Positions 47,238 through 56,454 of a DNA stretch of 64,000 bases are shown one piece after another. Positions within the stretch are counted from its first letter, which is position 1; the number at the start of each line of letters is the position of its first letter. The stretch comes from an uncultured Lachnospiraceae bacterium (GTDB lineage Bacteria; Bacillota; Clostridia; TANB77; CAG-508). The notes beneath the pieces were generated by a model. That model did no database searches. It worked only from the letters and a program-made list of their open reading frames with translations, and was not told where the DNA came from. A program made the translations under genes and the position numbers. The stretch is from positions 7,176-71,175 of the forward strand of contig CAYYBL010000002.1 in assembly GCA_964470175.1 (NCBI GenBank). The letters run 5' to 3'.

Positions 47238-47513
47238 ATGACTCTAGAAGAATTACGGGAAATGCCAGCAGGAGTAATAGATACAAGAAGTTTTATTCTA
47301 AATGCTGACGGAATAGAAACTGAAGAATTCTATTGCATAGGAAAGACAAAGGATGGTAAATACTTTATCGGATTTTCAGATGATGGATCTTATTGTTCAA
47401 CTTTCATACGTGAGAAAGATATGTTACGCTACATCGATGATAAACATTCAACAGATTCTACAGCGTGTGATATCTATTTTACTGATCCGCATTTATCATT
47501 CTGGATGGATTAA
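47238..47513 (+). CDS. hypothetical protein (91 aa)
   Basis: Start at ATG with RBS TAGGAGG; the listed ORF begins 6 codons upstream. No recognisable motif. Confidence 0.45.
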   Translation: MTLEELREMPAGVIDTRSFILNADGIETEEFYCIGKTKDGKYFIGFSDDGSYCSTFIREKDMLRYIDDKHSTDSTACDIYFTDPHLSFWMD

Positions 47514-47604
47514 GGAGCATATGTGCCCCTCGTGTATTTTCAAGATTAATTAAATTTTGTAGTTGTACGAATTTAAAAACAGCCATATTGCGAGGAGGTA
47601 ATGT

Positions 47605-47904
47605 ATGAAACGGGCAAAAATGGTTATTCAAGCAACGGAAGCATTTGTCATAATTTCCAGCATAAGCATTAGCGAAAAACAGCTACAGGAAATTGATTCG
47701 ATAATAAGAGATGAATACAATATCGAATCAAATGTAAAAGAGCATCTTGATGTAGTATCCTTTAGGATTGCATCTGTATGCAGAAAACCAGGGCATTCTA
47801 CAGATTTGTATGTAAAAACACAAAAAATACTTACAGGTCCAGAAAGCATAAAACTACTAATAACCATTACAGACAGAAAAAATGACCCAGTTTTTGACAT
47901 CTAG
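47605..47904 (+). CDS. hypothetical protein (99 aa)
   Basis: RBS GAGGAGG 6 nt upstream; followed by a terminator. Confidence 0.45.
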   Translation: MKRAKMVIQATEAFVIISSISISEKQLQEIDSIIRDEYNIESNVKEHLDVVSFRIASVCRKPGHSTDLYVKTQKILTGPESIKLLITITDRKNDPVFDI

Positions 47905-47911
47905 TTTAATT

Positions 47912-47952
47912 AAAAAAAGATTGAAAGGCAACTGCTTTTCAATCTTTTTTCA
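47912..47952. terminator. Rho-independent terminator (AGATTGAAAG/CTTTTCAATCT)
   Basis: 10-bp stem flanked by an A-run and a T-run. Confidence 0.55.
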
Positions 47953-47968
47953 TAAATTATAAATATTA

Positions 47969-48484
47969 TTATTTTTCAAACTTAATTGTAATATCTCCAT
48001 TTCCCAAGTCAGGTAAGTTATCTATATGCCCTATTTTAGTATAACTATATGAAGTATCAAATGATTTATAAAATACCACTAAACAATTATTACCATAGAG
48101 CATAACATCGCCTGCATTTATATAATTTGGATTATATGAATCTGTAGGAAACACATCTTCTAAATAAACATATTTCTCATTTCCATGTAAATCAGACATA
48201 TTAAAATTCTGTGGTAACATGTCTAGCAAATATTCTGCTGTTTCATTTTCTTCAAATTTTACATTATATTTGTTATTATTAATGAAGACCTCTCCAACAT
48301 AACCAGACACTGTATCTTCATACTTTAACTCAAATGTATTACTCATATTATCTATTTTTTCCTCTTCCTCAATAACATTTTCCTTAGCAACATTATCAAT
48401 ATCTTTAATAAAAAAATTTCTACTAATTTCTATGCATATAATAAATAAAATAAATAGTATTAAACCTATAACTACTTTCTTCAT
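47969..48484 (-). CDS. secreted/lipoprotein-like hypothetical protein with cyclophilin-like fold signature
   Basis: N-terminal signal/TM segment. The C-terminal YVYLEDVFPTDSYNPNYINAGDVMLYGNNCLVVFY resembles cyclophilin-like-domain proteins. Tentative. Confidence 0.4.
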   Translation of the reverse strand: MKKVVIGLILFILFIICIEISRNFFIKDIDNVAKENVIEEEEKIDNMSNTFELKYEDTVSGYVGEVFINNNKYNVKFEENETAEYLLDMLPQNFNMSDLHGNEKYVYLEDVFPTDSYNPNYINAGDVMLYGNNCLVVFYKSFDTSYSYTKIGHIDNLPDLGNGDITIKFEK

Positions 48485-48498
48485 ATATTCTCCTACGA

Positions 48499-49302
48499 CT
48501 ATATTTTACTAACATTTGGCGGATATTTTTCTTCAAATTCATTTAGAATATTTAGCATTAACTCATCCAAATATTCAATTGCTTTCAATCTCATTTTTTC
48601 AGGAATACCAAAGTATGCTTCTGCCATTCCTCCTACTATTGCTCCAAGAGTATCGCTATCTCCACCTATTGATATAGCATTTCTAATTGCATCTTCAAAA
48701 CTATTGGCTTCAAAAAAACATTCAAATGCTTGTGGTACTGTATTTTGGCAGGTTTCATTAAACTCATAGTTTTCCCTTATATCATCTAAACTAAAATCAA
48801 TATCATAATAATTTGTTTTGATATAATCTTTTATTTCTTGAATACTTTTTCCATTTTTTGCCATATAAATTGAGGCTGCTACAGATTCTGCTCCTTTCAT
48901 TCCTTCAGGATGATTGTGAGATACTTCAGTAACAATACTAGACAGATTTTTTGCATCCTCTAATGAATTTGCTGCAAATCCACATGCACTCACTCTCATT
49001 GCAGATCCATTTCCATAGCTATTATATGGACTATGATTATCAGTCATAATCCAATTGTAAAAACTACCACCAAAACCACACATTGGGTATTTTCTTCCAA
49101 TATTTACCATGTTATCTACTACAACACTTCTTAATTTCTCATAATCACATCCCGATTCTAATATAGATTTAGCAATTGCTAGACTCATTACACTATCATC
49201 CGTGAAAAAACACTTTGGATGATAAAATTCAAATTCTTTACTTTTTATATTATTCCATTCAAATCTAGAGCCAACAATGTCTCCAATAATTGCTCCAAGC
49301 AT
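48499..49302 (-). CDS. ADP-ribosylglycohydrolase family protein
   Basis: MLGAIIGDIVGSRFEW N-terminus and GGDSDTLGAIVGGMAEAYFG C-terminal metal-binding block typical of the ARH/DraG family. Confidence 0.75.
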   Translation of the reverse strand: MLGAIIGDIVGSRFEWNNIKSKEFEFYHPKCFFTDDSVMSLAIAKSILESGCDYEKLRSVVVDNMVNIGRKYPMCGFGGSFYNWIMTDNHSPYNSYGNGSAMRVSACGFAANSLEDAKNLSSIVTEVSHNHPEGMKGAESVAASIYMAKNGKSIQEIKDYIKTNYYDIDFSLDDIRENYEFNETCQNTVPQAFECFFEANSFEDAIRNAISIGGDSDTLGAIVGGMAEAYFGIPEKMRLKAIEYLDELMLNILNEFEEKYPPNVSKI

Positions 49303-49319
49303 TACTAAATTCTCCTTTT

Positions 49320-49514
49320 TTACCTTTCATCCCTATCATTAACTTGATATTTACTTATATCAAACCCGTTAGCTATTGCAATCTTTACAAGTTCTTCTGG
49401 TGATGCATTTTCGACTTTTGATAAATCTATTATTGCAACTGGCATACCGGATGACATTGCTGTTCCAAAATAATCTATCAAATCACTACGTAGTTCATCG
49501 ATATCTATTGTCAT
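49320..49514 (-). CDS. hypothetical small protein (64 aa)
   Basis: Short ORF 17 nt upstream of the ARH gene on the same strand; no motif. Confidence 0.4.
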   Translation of the reverse strand: MTIDIDELRSDLIDYFGTAMSSGMPVAIIDLSKVENASPEELVKIAIANGFDISKYQVNDRDER

Positions 49515-49528
49515 ACTTTACCTCAATC

Positions 49529-51073
49529 TTATTTAAAACTTTCTATAAACTTATCAAATGATTTTTTACCTTCTTCTGTTCTTTTAAAAACTCCCGCATT
49601 TTCTAGTATTTTTTCAAAAACAACTTCAATTTCGTTTTTCAAGATTTCATCTATATTCTCGGCATTTATTACATCATATTTTTTTAAGAAATCATAAACC
49701 CAATCTCTATGCTTAGATATTTCTTCATCAAGACCAATATCTTGATTATTCAAAACCATTTCTTTTACTTTTTCCATCTCATGCTTTAATCTTGCTGGAA
49801 GTATAGCAAGCCCCATTACTTCAATTAGTCCAATATTTTCTTTTTTAATATGATGAAATTCCTCATGTGGATGGAAAATACCGTACGGATACTCTTCAGT
49901 CGTGCAATTATTTCTAAGTACTAAATCAAGTTCATATACTTCTCCATTTTTTCTCGCAATTGGAGTAATTGTATTATGAGATACTCCATCAGTATACGCA
50001 TAGATAGAAGCCTCTTCGTCTGTATAATTTCTCCATGTATTTAAAATTTTATCAGCTAAATTTATAATTCTTTCAGTATCATATCCTGAAAGTCTTATTA
50101 CAGACATAGGCCATTTTACAATCCCACATCTTATATCTTCAAATCCGCTTATTTCAAATTCTTTTTCAATTTGAGCTTTTGCCATTGCAAATTTGTAGTT
50201 ACCACCTTGAAAATGATCATGTGAAAGAATCGAACCCCCAACTATTGGTAAATCTGCGTTTGATCCAATAAAATAGTGTGGGAATTTTTTCACAAAATCA
50301 AAAAGTCTGCAAAATGTGCTATTATCTATTTTCATTGGAGTATGAATAGCATTAATCACAATGCAATGTTCATTATAATATGCATATGGTGAATATTGAA
50401 AAAACCACTTATCTCCACAAATATCTATAGGTATTATTCTGTGATTTTCTCTAGCTGGAAATCCAATATGTCCAAAAAATCCCTCACTTTCTCTGCAAAG
50501 AACACATTTTGGATAACTATGGCTTTCAAATAGACTAGATTTTTCAATATCTCTTGGATCTTTTTCAGGTTTAGACATATTTATAGTAATATCCAAATCC
50601 CCATACTCTGTCTTCGTAGTCCATTTTATATCTTTAGAAATCCTATATTTTCTTATATAATCTGTGTTTTGAGAAAAATCATAATACCAATTTGTAGCAT
50701 ATGAAGCATTTTCTGCATACAAATTTCTAAATTTTTTTATTACTTCACTTGGACGAGGTGTAAGCAAACCCATAAGTCTTGTATCAAATAAATCTCTCGC
50801 CGCAATACTATTTTCAGTTATGATTTTTTTATCATAAGCTAAGTCTACTAAATTATTTAAAGTATTCTCTAAATAACTTCCATCCTTTATTTTATCCTCT
50901 TCAATGCATTTTTCTTCCTCTAAAACTTTTTCTTCTACATTATCAAATCCATTTTCTTCCATCAAACTAAGAATACTATTTACACTATAAATAATATCTT
51001 CTTTTTCTATCAAATGTACATGATATGCATAAGCAACTAATTTAATTATTTCCTTCAAAATAAATCCCTCCAC
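49529..51073 (-). CDS. galT: galactose-1-phosphate uridylyltransferase (Firmicutes long form)
   Basis: 514 aa; directly downstream of galK with no gap; resembles the ~500-aa GalT family-2 proteins of Firmicutes. Confidence 0.7.
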   Translation of the reverse strand: MEGFILKEIIKLVAYAYHVHLIEKEDIIYSVNSILSLMEENGFDNVEEKVLEEEKCIEEDKIKDGSYLENTLNNLVDLAYDKKIITENSIAARDLFDTRLMGLLTPRPSEVIKKFRNLYAENASYATNWYYDFSQNTDYIRKYRISKDIKWTTKTEYGDLDITINMSKPEKDPRDIEKSSLFESHSYPKCVLCRESEGFFGHIGFPARENHRIIPIDICGDKWFFQYSPYAYYNEHCIVINAIHTPMKIDNSTFCRLFDFVKKFPHYFIGSNADLPIVGGSILSHDHFQGGNYKFAMAKAQIEKEFEISGFEDIRCGIVKWPMSVIRLSGYDTERIINLADKILNTWRNYTDEEASIYAYTDGVSHNTITPIARKNGEVYELDLVLRNNCTTEEYPYGIFHPHEEFHHIKKENIGLIEVMGLAILPARLKHEMEKVKEMVLNNQDIGLDEEISKHRDWVYDFLKKYDVINAENIDEILKNEIEVVFEKILENAGVFKRTEEGKKSFDKFIESFK

Positions 51074-52240
51074 TTATTGGATTATGGCCGGGCCATCTCC
51101 AACAGATACAATGTAAAATGTACAGTCATACCCAATTTTTTCTTTATACGCATTGCCTACGTTATATTTAAAAGTTTGAATATCCTCATTTTTTACAATC
51201 GAAATCGTACATCCACCAAATCCAGCACCTGTCATACGAGACCCAATCACTCCTGAAATTTTAAGTGCCTCTTCCACCAAAGTATCAAGTTCTATTCCTG
51301 TAACTTCGAAATCTCCTCTTAGTGATATGTGTGACTCTTTCATAAGCTTTCCAAAATTAATAAAATCATTATTTTTTAAAAGCTCTACAGCTTTTTTTGT
51401 TCGATCATTTTCATATATTACATGTCTTGCTCTTTTACGAACTATTTCATCATCAATTTCGTTTTTATACTCTTCGAATTCTTCTACTGAAAAGTCACAT
51501 AGATTTCTGATATTGTGTCTTAGCTGCAAAACCTTAAGTGCCTCATCACACTCATTTCTTCTTTTATTATATTCTGAATCAGTAAGTTTATGCTTTTTGT
51601 TTGTATTTGTTATTACTAAACTCATTCCATCAATATTTACTGGAACATATTCAAATGATAAACTATCTGTATTTAAGAACATTGCATAATTCTTTTTTCC
51701 CATAGCTGATGCAAACTGATCCATTATTCCACATTTCATTCCAATATAATTATTTTCTGCAAATTGACTTATAAGAGCTATATCTTGATTTGAGAGTTTT
51801 AAATTATATAGTGTATTTAATGCAAAACCAGTTATAACTTCCAAAGATGCAGAACTTGAAAGTCCTGCCCCATTAGGTATATCTCCATACACTAACATCT
51901 CAAATCCATGCTCAAAAGAAAATCCTCTTTTATTTAAAGTCCAAATTAAGCCTAATGGATAATTTATCCAAGCATTATCTACAAATCCTATATTTTCAAG
52001 TAGCACTTCATATATCTTGCTATCTTCATTCAAAGATACAAATTTTAATACCTTATCTTCTCTCTTTCTTATAGCAACATATGTACCAATAGTAAGCGCA
52101 CATGGTAAAACATATCCTCCATTATAATCAATATGTTCTCCTATAAGATTCACTCGACCTGGTGCAAAAAAGCAGCTTACACCTTCTGCATTTCCAAATA
52201 TTTCTTTAAATTTTTCAATTAATAAACTTTTTATTTCCAT
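51074..52240 (-). CDS. galK: galactokinase
   Basis: GHMP kinase motifs GRVNLIGEHIDYNGG and PNGAGLSSSASLE; 388 aa. Confidence 0.85.
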   Translation of the reverse strand: MEIKSLLIEKFKEIFGNAEGVSCFFAPGRVNLIGEHIDYNGGYVLPCALTIGTYVAIRKREDKVLKFVSLNEDSKIYEVLLENIGFVDNAWINYPLGLIWTLNKRGFSFEHGFEMLVYGDIPNGAGLSSSASLEVITGFALNTLYNLKLSNQDIALISQFAENNYIGMKCGIMDQFASAMGKKNYAMFLNTDSLSFEYVPVNIDGMSLVITNTNKKHKLTDSEYNKRRNECDEALKVLQLRHNIRNLCDFSVEEFEEYKNEIDDEIVRKRARHVIYENDRTKKAVELLKNNDFINFGKLMKESHISLRGDFEVTGIELDTLVEEALKISGVIGSRMTGAGFGGCTISIVKNEDIQTFKYNVGNAYKEKIGYDCTFYIVSVGDGPAIIQ

Positions 52241-52415
52241 ACTTTTATATTAACATAGTTTTTTTTGTTCCACAATTATGTTTTGTAACAAAAAAGAGAA
52301 ACTTATACAACCTTATATTTCCCTAGAAAACATGCAAAAAAAGAAATATTTTAGATATTTACATCAATATAATTATTTACTAAAATACAATTAATAAATG
52401 ATTCGTAATTAACAT

Positions 52416-52458
52416 ATAAAAAGAGCCTTGCAAATTTATTTTGCAGAGCTCTTTTTAT
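52416..52458. terminator. terminator (AGAGCCTTGCAAA/TTTGCAGAGCTCT, imperfect) downstream of yhhQ
   Basis: 13-bp stem with two mismatches, flanked by an A-run and a T-run. Confidence 0.45.
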
Positions 52459-52481
52459 TTATATTTATTTATCCAAGTTTT

Positions 52482-53129
52482 CTAGAAATATACAAAAATG
52501 GGGGTATCGCAAATTGCAATAATAATCTCAAATATAGAAGCGACCGATGCAATCATTAAAATAGTTTTAATATCGTATACTCCAACAAATGCTAAAAAAG
52601 TAAAACAATAATTTTCTAAACAATTTGAAACTATAGTAGACACATTATTTCTAAGCCACAACTTATTTGGAATTTTTGATTTAATTTTTTCATATAATGA
52701 AATATCAAGCATATTACTTAGTACAAACATAAGAAGACTTGCAATACTTACTCTTAAATTTAAAGCAAATAAAGTTTTCATACTTTCATTTGCTATATCT
52801 ACACTACTTGGTGTATAAAGAAGCGCAAGTTGAGTCATTATAATGAATACAATCTGTGACATTGCTCCCATCATAATAGCTTTTTGACTATCCTTATAAC
52901 CATATTTTTCATTCATAATATCTGTAGCTAAAAAGCTTGATGCAAATAACACATTTCCAATATTTGTAACAAATCCAAATACATCAATACTTTTACAAAC
53001 TAAAATATTTGCAACAATTGTAGCTACACTTATCCAAACAAATAATCCTTCCTTTTTAAAGAATTTTTCTACAAGTACAAGTATAGTAAATGTAAGAACT
53101 ATACTCATACATCCTAATAAAACATTCAT
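52482..53129 (-). CDS. yhhQ: queuosine precursor transporter (YhhQ/VUT family, DUF165)
   Basis: TDIMNEKYGYKDSQ motif and 6-TM architecture. Start set at MNVLLGCMSIVL with RBS AAGGAAAG; the listed ORF extends 21 codons into the leader. Confidence 0.65.
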   Translation of the reverse strand: MNVLLGCMSIVLTFTILVLVEKFFKKEGLFVWISVATIVANILVCKSIDVFGFVTNIGNVLFASSFLATDIMNEKYGYKDSQKAIMMGAMSQIVFIIMTQLALLYTPSSVDIANESMKTLFALNLRVSIASLLMFVLSNMLDISLYEKIKSKIPNKLWLRNNVSTIVSNCLENYCFTFLAFVGVYDIKTILMIASVASIFEIIIAICDTPIFVYF

Positions 53130-53180
53130 TTCACTTTCCTTTTTTATACTAGGCGGCGTAGTATAACTAGTATAAATTTT
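53130..53180 (-). ncRNA. candidate preQ1-I-like riboswitch in the yhhQ leader (hairpin TACTAG-N14-CTAGTA + A-rich tail TAAAAAAGGAAAG containing the RBS)
   Basis: 6-bp stem, C-rich 14-nt loop (ttatactacgccgc) and an A-rich 3' tail overlapping the SD, upstream of a queuosine-precursor transporter gene. Does not match the B. subtilis queC aptamer exactly. Confidence 0.3.
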
Positions 53181-53185
53181 CCTTT

Positions 53186-53833
53186 CTACCAAATAAAATT
53201 TGATTTTAATTTTTCACCATTGTCTACAAATAAATCTTCGCCCGTCATACTTTTATTTATGACCGCTACAAAATATACAAACTCTGCAACTTCTTCTGGT
53301 TCCATCCACTTTCCAAGAAGAGTTTCATCAAGTACTTGCTTATATAGTACCTCGTTATTTAATATATGCTTATTTAATTCTGTTTTAACTCCTCCAGGTG
53401 AAACAGCATTTGAAGTAGCTCCATATTTAGAAATACGAAGAGCAACATTTTTCATATATGCTAGTATTCCTCCTTTTGACGCTGCATATTCTGGAAATTC
53501 GGCTCCTGTAGTTGCACTACTTGAAGCAATAAAAACTACACTCTTTATCGCAGTAGAAATGTACTTTTCAGTAACATTTATAGTACCTTTTAAATTTGTA
53601 TCTATCGTATTTCCTTCTTGAATACCAGCATTATTTACAATAATTTCTACATTTTGAATATCAGGAAGATTACCACAAATATTTTGGATAATATGTGTAT
53701 AGTTTTCGTTATCAATAGTACTTTCATTAATATCCATTCCGAATTACATCATGGCCTTCTCTTAAAAACTTAAGTGCAATACTTTTTCCTATACCTCTAC
53801 TTGTACCTGTAATTAAAACTTTCATTTTTCCCT
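53186..53833 (-). pseudogene. short-chain dehydrogenase/reductase (SDR) gene interrupted by a 1-nt frameshift
   Basis: The N-terminal 32 codons (MKVLITGTSRGIGKSIALKFLREGHDVIRNGY*, ~53738-53833) are in a different frame from the remaining 183-aa SDR body (NNAGI..., YAASK, 53186..53737). Removing one C in ATTCGGAATGG would give ...HDVIGMDINE.... Confidence 0.55.
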
Positions 53834-53967
53834 TTACCCATTTTTTATTTGTAAACTCAAGCCTTGGATATTATATCTCAATTATCATAATATAACAAGA
53901 TAAATCTCTATATAAAGTATACAACAAAAAAAGGGAGAATTTCCCCCTTCTCTTCAACAATAGTATA

Positions 53968-54594
53968 CTATTTTTTACCTATTACAGTATATACCATTCC
54001 CTGTACCCTATAACTATCAAGCACATCAAATTTTGCCTCTCTCATAATCTTTTCTATGCCATACCTATTTGTAGTATGGCAATCTCCAGAAGTCATAAGC
54101 TTAAATATTATATTATTATCTATCCATGCTCCAATCCCACCTATACCGGTATCTGATAATATATATATTCCTCCTGGTTTCAAAACTCTATATGCTTCAT
54201 TCATCGCCTCCAACTGATATGGATAATGATGAAAGCTTTGAGAACAAGTAACAACATCAAAACTAGAATCATTAAATGGAAGTTTATTTGCTTTTCCTAC
54301 GATAAATTCCGAATTCTTTATATGTTTTGCCTTGGCTTGCATTATCATATTTTCAGATAAATCAAGTCCATAAAACCTAGCTTCATATTTTCTGCTAAGC
54401 ATGTCAATAAGATATCCTGTACCAGTACCTACATCCAGAAGATTTTCAAATCTAATATTTTTTTCTTCCAAATATCTTATAATATCCCTACAACTTATTT
54501 TTCCCTCTCTAGAATAGTAGTATGTATTTTTTTCATCATAATCTTTCGCTTGCTTATCAAAGTGTTTTCTTGACAAATCTTCATAATCTTTCAT
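53968..54594 (-). CDS. class I SAM-dependent methyltransferase
   Basis: Motif I LLDVGTGTGYL and VLKPGGIYILSD. Start at the second ATG with RBS TGGAGAA. Confidence 0.7.
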   Translation of the reverse strand: MKDYEDLSRKHFDKQAKDYDEKNTYYYSREGKISCRDIIRYLEEKNIRFENLLDVGTGTGYLIDMLSRKYEARFYGLDLSENMIMQAKAKHIKNSEFIVGKANKLPFNDSSFDVVTCSQSFHHYPYQLEAMNEAYRVLKPGGIYILSDTGIGGIGAWIDNNIIFKLMTSGDCHTTNRYGIEKIMREAKFDVLDSYRVQGMVYTVIGKK

Positions 54595-54617
54595 TTTATG
54601 TTCTCCAATCATATAAA

Positions 54618-55040
54618 CTATAAATATTTAAAAATCTGTTCTGGATATAAAATGAATTCTCCATCTTTAAATTTTTCAATATCTATCCACTCAGTTTCAC
54701 CTCTTACACCATCTTCTACTTGTAAATATTTATCTTTATAATCTTTATCACCAATAAACGCCTCATAAAATAAAACTAATTCATGTGCATCTTTTCCTTC
54801 AAAGTTAAATATGTTTTCCGCAATTCCTAAAAACTCTCCTACCTCTATATCTATATCTATTTCCTCTTTAAACTCTCTTTTTAATGCATCTATACTTGTT
54901 TCACAAAATTCTATGCCACCACCTAAACATCTATAAAACTCTTGATTATTAGCCTTATTATACCCTTTACTAACAAGTAGTTTATTACCTCGTTTAATTA
55001 CTCCAAGTACAATAGGTCTAATTTCCTTAAATTTATCCAT
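54618..55040 (-). CDS. NUDIX hydrolase
   Basis: Nudix box GGGIEFCETSIDALKREFKEEIDI (Gx5Ex7REUxEExGU). Confidence 0.7.
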   Translation of the reverse strand: MDKFKEIRPIVLGVIKRGNKLLVSKGYNKANNQEFYRCLGGGIEFCETSIDALKREFKEEIDIDIEVGEFLGIAENIFNFEGKDAHELVLFYEAFIGDKDYKDKYLQVEDGVRGETEWIDIEKFKDGEFILYPEQIFKYL

Positions 55041-55171
55041 ATAAAAACACCTCCATTTTTATAAAATAGGATTTTATTTTAACATTTATCTATTTAGATT
55101 ACAAATTGTAATCTAAATAACATACTTTTATTGTTTTATTTTCATTTATTTGTGCTATAATTATTCTTACT

Positions 55172-55699
55172 ATGGAACAAAAATTAGAAAATCAAATTGA
55201 AAATAATCAAGAATTCAAAGAAATAATTAAAGACATAAGATATAATCCAAAGGTTTTGGAAATGCAAAACTACAGACAACACTTTAGCACAAATTGCTAT
55301 AGTCACTCTTTAGAAGTATCTTTTTATTGCTATAAAATATGCAAAAAATTACATTTAGACTACACTTCTGCTACACGCGGAGCTATGCTTCATGATATGT
55401 TTTTGTATGACTGGCATGAAAAAGGTTCTCATGAAGGTTTACATGCATTCACACATCCTAAAACTGCTTACGAAAACGCATCTAAAATATTTGAATTAAA
55501 CGTAAAAGAAAAAGATATTATTTTAAAACATATGTGGCCAATTTGCTTTGGTATACCAAAACATCCAGAAAGTTTTATTATAACTCTTGTAGATAAGTAT
55601 TGTGCTACAAAAGAGGGTCTAAATTCTATAAGAGACACATATCGTTTGAAAAAAGCAATAAAAAATTTTTTAATTATTATGTTTGTATTCAAAAAATAA
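55172..55699 (+). CDS. HD domain phosphohydrolase
   Basis: H...HD metal-binding pattern (HSLEVSFY.., HDMFLYDWHEK); 175 aa. Confidence 0.6.
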   Translation: MEQKLENQIENNQEFKEIIKDIRYNPKVLEMQNYRQHFSTNCYSHSLEVSFYCYKICKKLHLDYTSATRGAMLHDMFLYDWHEKGSHEGLHAFTHPKTAYENASKIFELNVKEKDIILKHMWPICFGIPKHPESFIITLVDKYCATKEGLNSIRDTYRLKKAIKNFLIIMFVFKK

Positions 55700-55732
55700 T
55701 GCTAACCAAAAAATTGGTTAGCATTTTTTTAA
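55699..55732. terminator. bidirectional terminator (ATGCTAACC/GGTTAGCAT)
   Basis: 9-bp stem, A-rich loop, T7 run; between the convergent HD gene and 55729..56448. Confidence 0.6.
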
Positions 55733-56448
55733 TCTAATATATCAATAATTCCACCATAATCAATTACATCCAAATTCTCAAAATCTACAATTTTGAGATT
55801 TCTTTTTTCAATAAATTCCTTAATATCTCCACCTATATCAATCTTTGACAAATCTCCTGACACAAAAATATTATTATCTAGCCTTGTTATACATCCACCT
55901 ATAAAACCTTTCTTGAAACTATATTTATCTCCATTTAAAAGCTTTATATCTAAATCATTTCTCAAAAGTAAAATATCAAAATCAAAGTCTTTCAAACTTT
56001 CATATATACCATAATCAGATGTAATAAAACTATTATCATCAATCACAGCAATAGAACAATTTGTATATCCTTGATTTACATGTATTTCATGATAATTTTT
56101 TTCTTCTAATATTTCTTTTATCTTTTTATCTGTATCTTTAAAATTATGTATTGCATGATTTCCAATCATACACACATTATACTTTATATCATCTGGGTAT
56201 ATTGAAGAAACGTTTTCTTTTCCTTTGACTATATTCTTAAAGTTTTTAGCTAAGTATTCATCGTATTTTGATGGTTCAATCACAAGTGTATTTCCAATCT
56301 TTGAAAAGAAAATATCTACATGACTTGAAATTTCCTCATATACTTCTTGAGATTTTGAAACCTCTTCTAATTCATATCCCATATTTCTTAGACAATTCTT
56401 TTCAATTTCTCTCATCCTACAATCAATTAATACTTTCTTCATAAACAC
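55729..56448 (-). CDS. hypothetical protein (239 aa), immediately downstream of mutL
   Basis: 6-nt gap after the mutL stop on the same strand; no recognisable motif. Confidence 0.45.
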   Translation of the reverse strand: MFMKKVLIDCRMREIEKNCLRNMGYELEEVSKSQEVYEEISSHVDIFFSKIGNTLVIEPSKYDEYLAKNFKNIVKGKENVSSIYPDDIKYNVCMIGNHAIHNFKDTDKKIKEILEEKNYHEIHVNQGYTNCSIAVIDDNSFITSDYGIYESLKDFDFDILLLRNDLDIKLLNGDKYSFKKGFIGGCITRLDNNIFVSGDLSKIDIGGDIKEFIEKRNLKIVDFENLDVIDYGGIIDILD

Positions 56449-56454
56449 ATCCTT

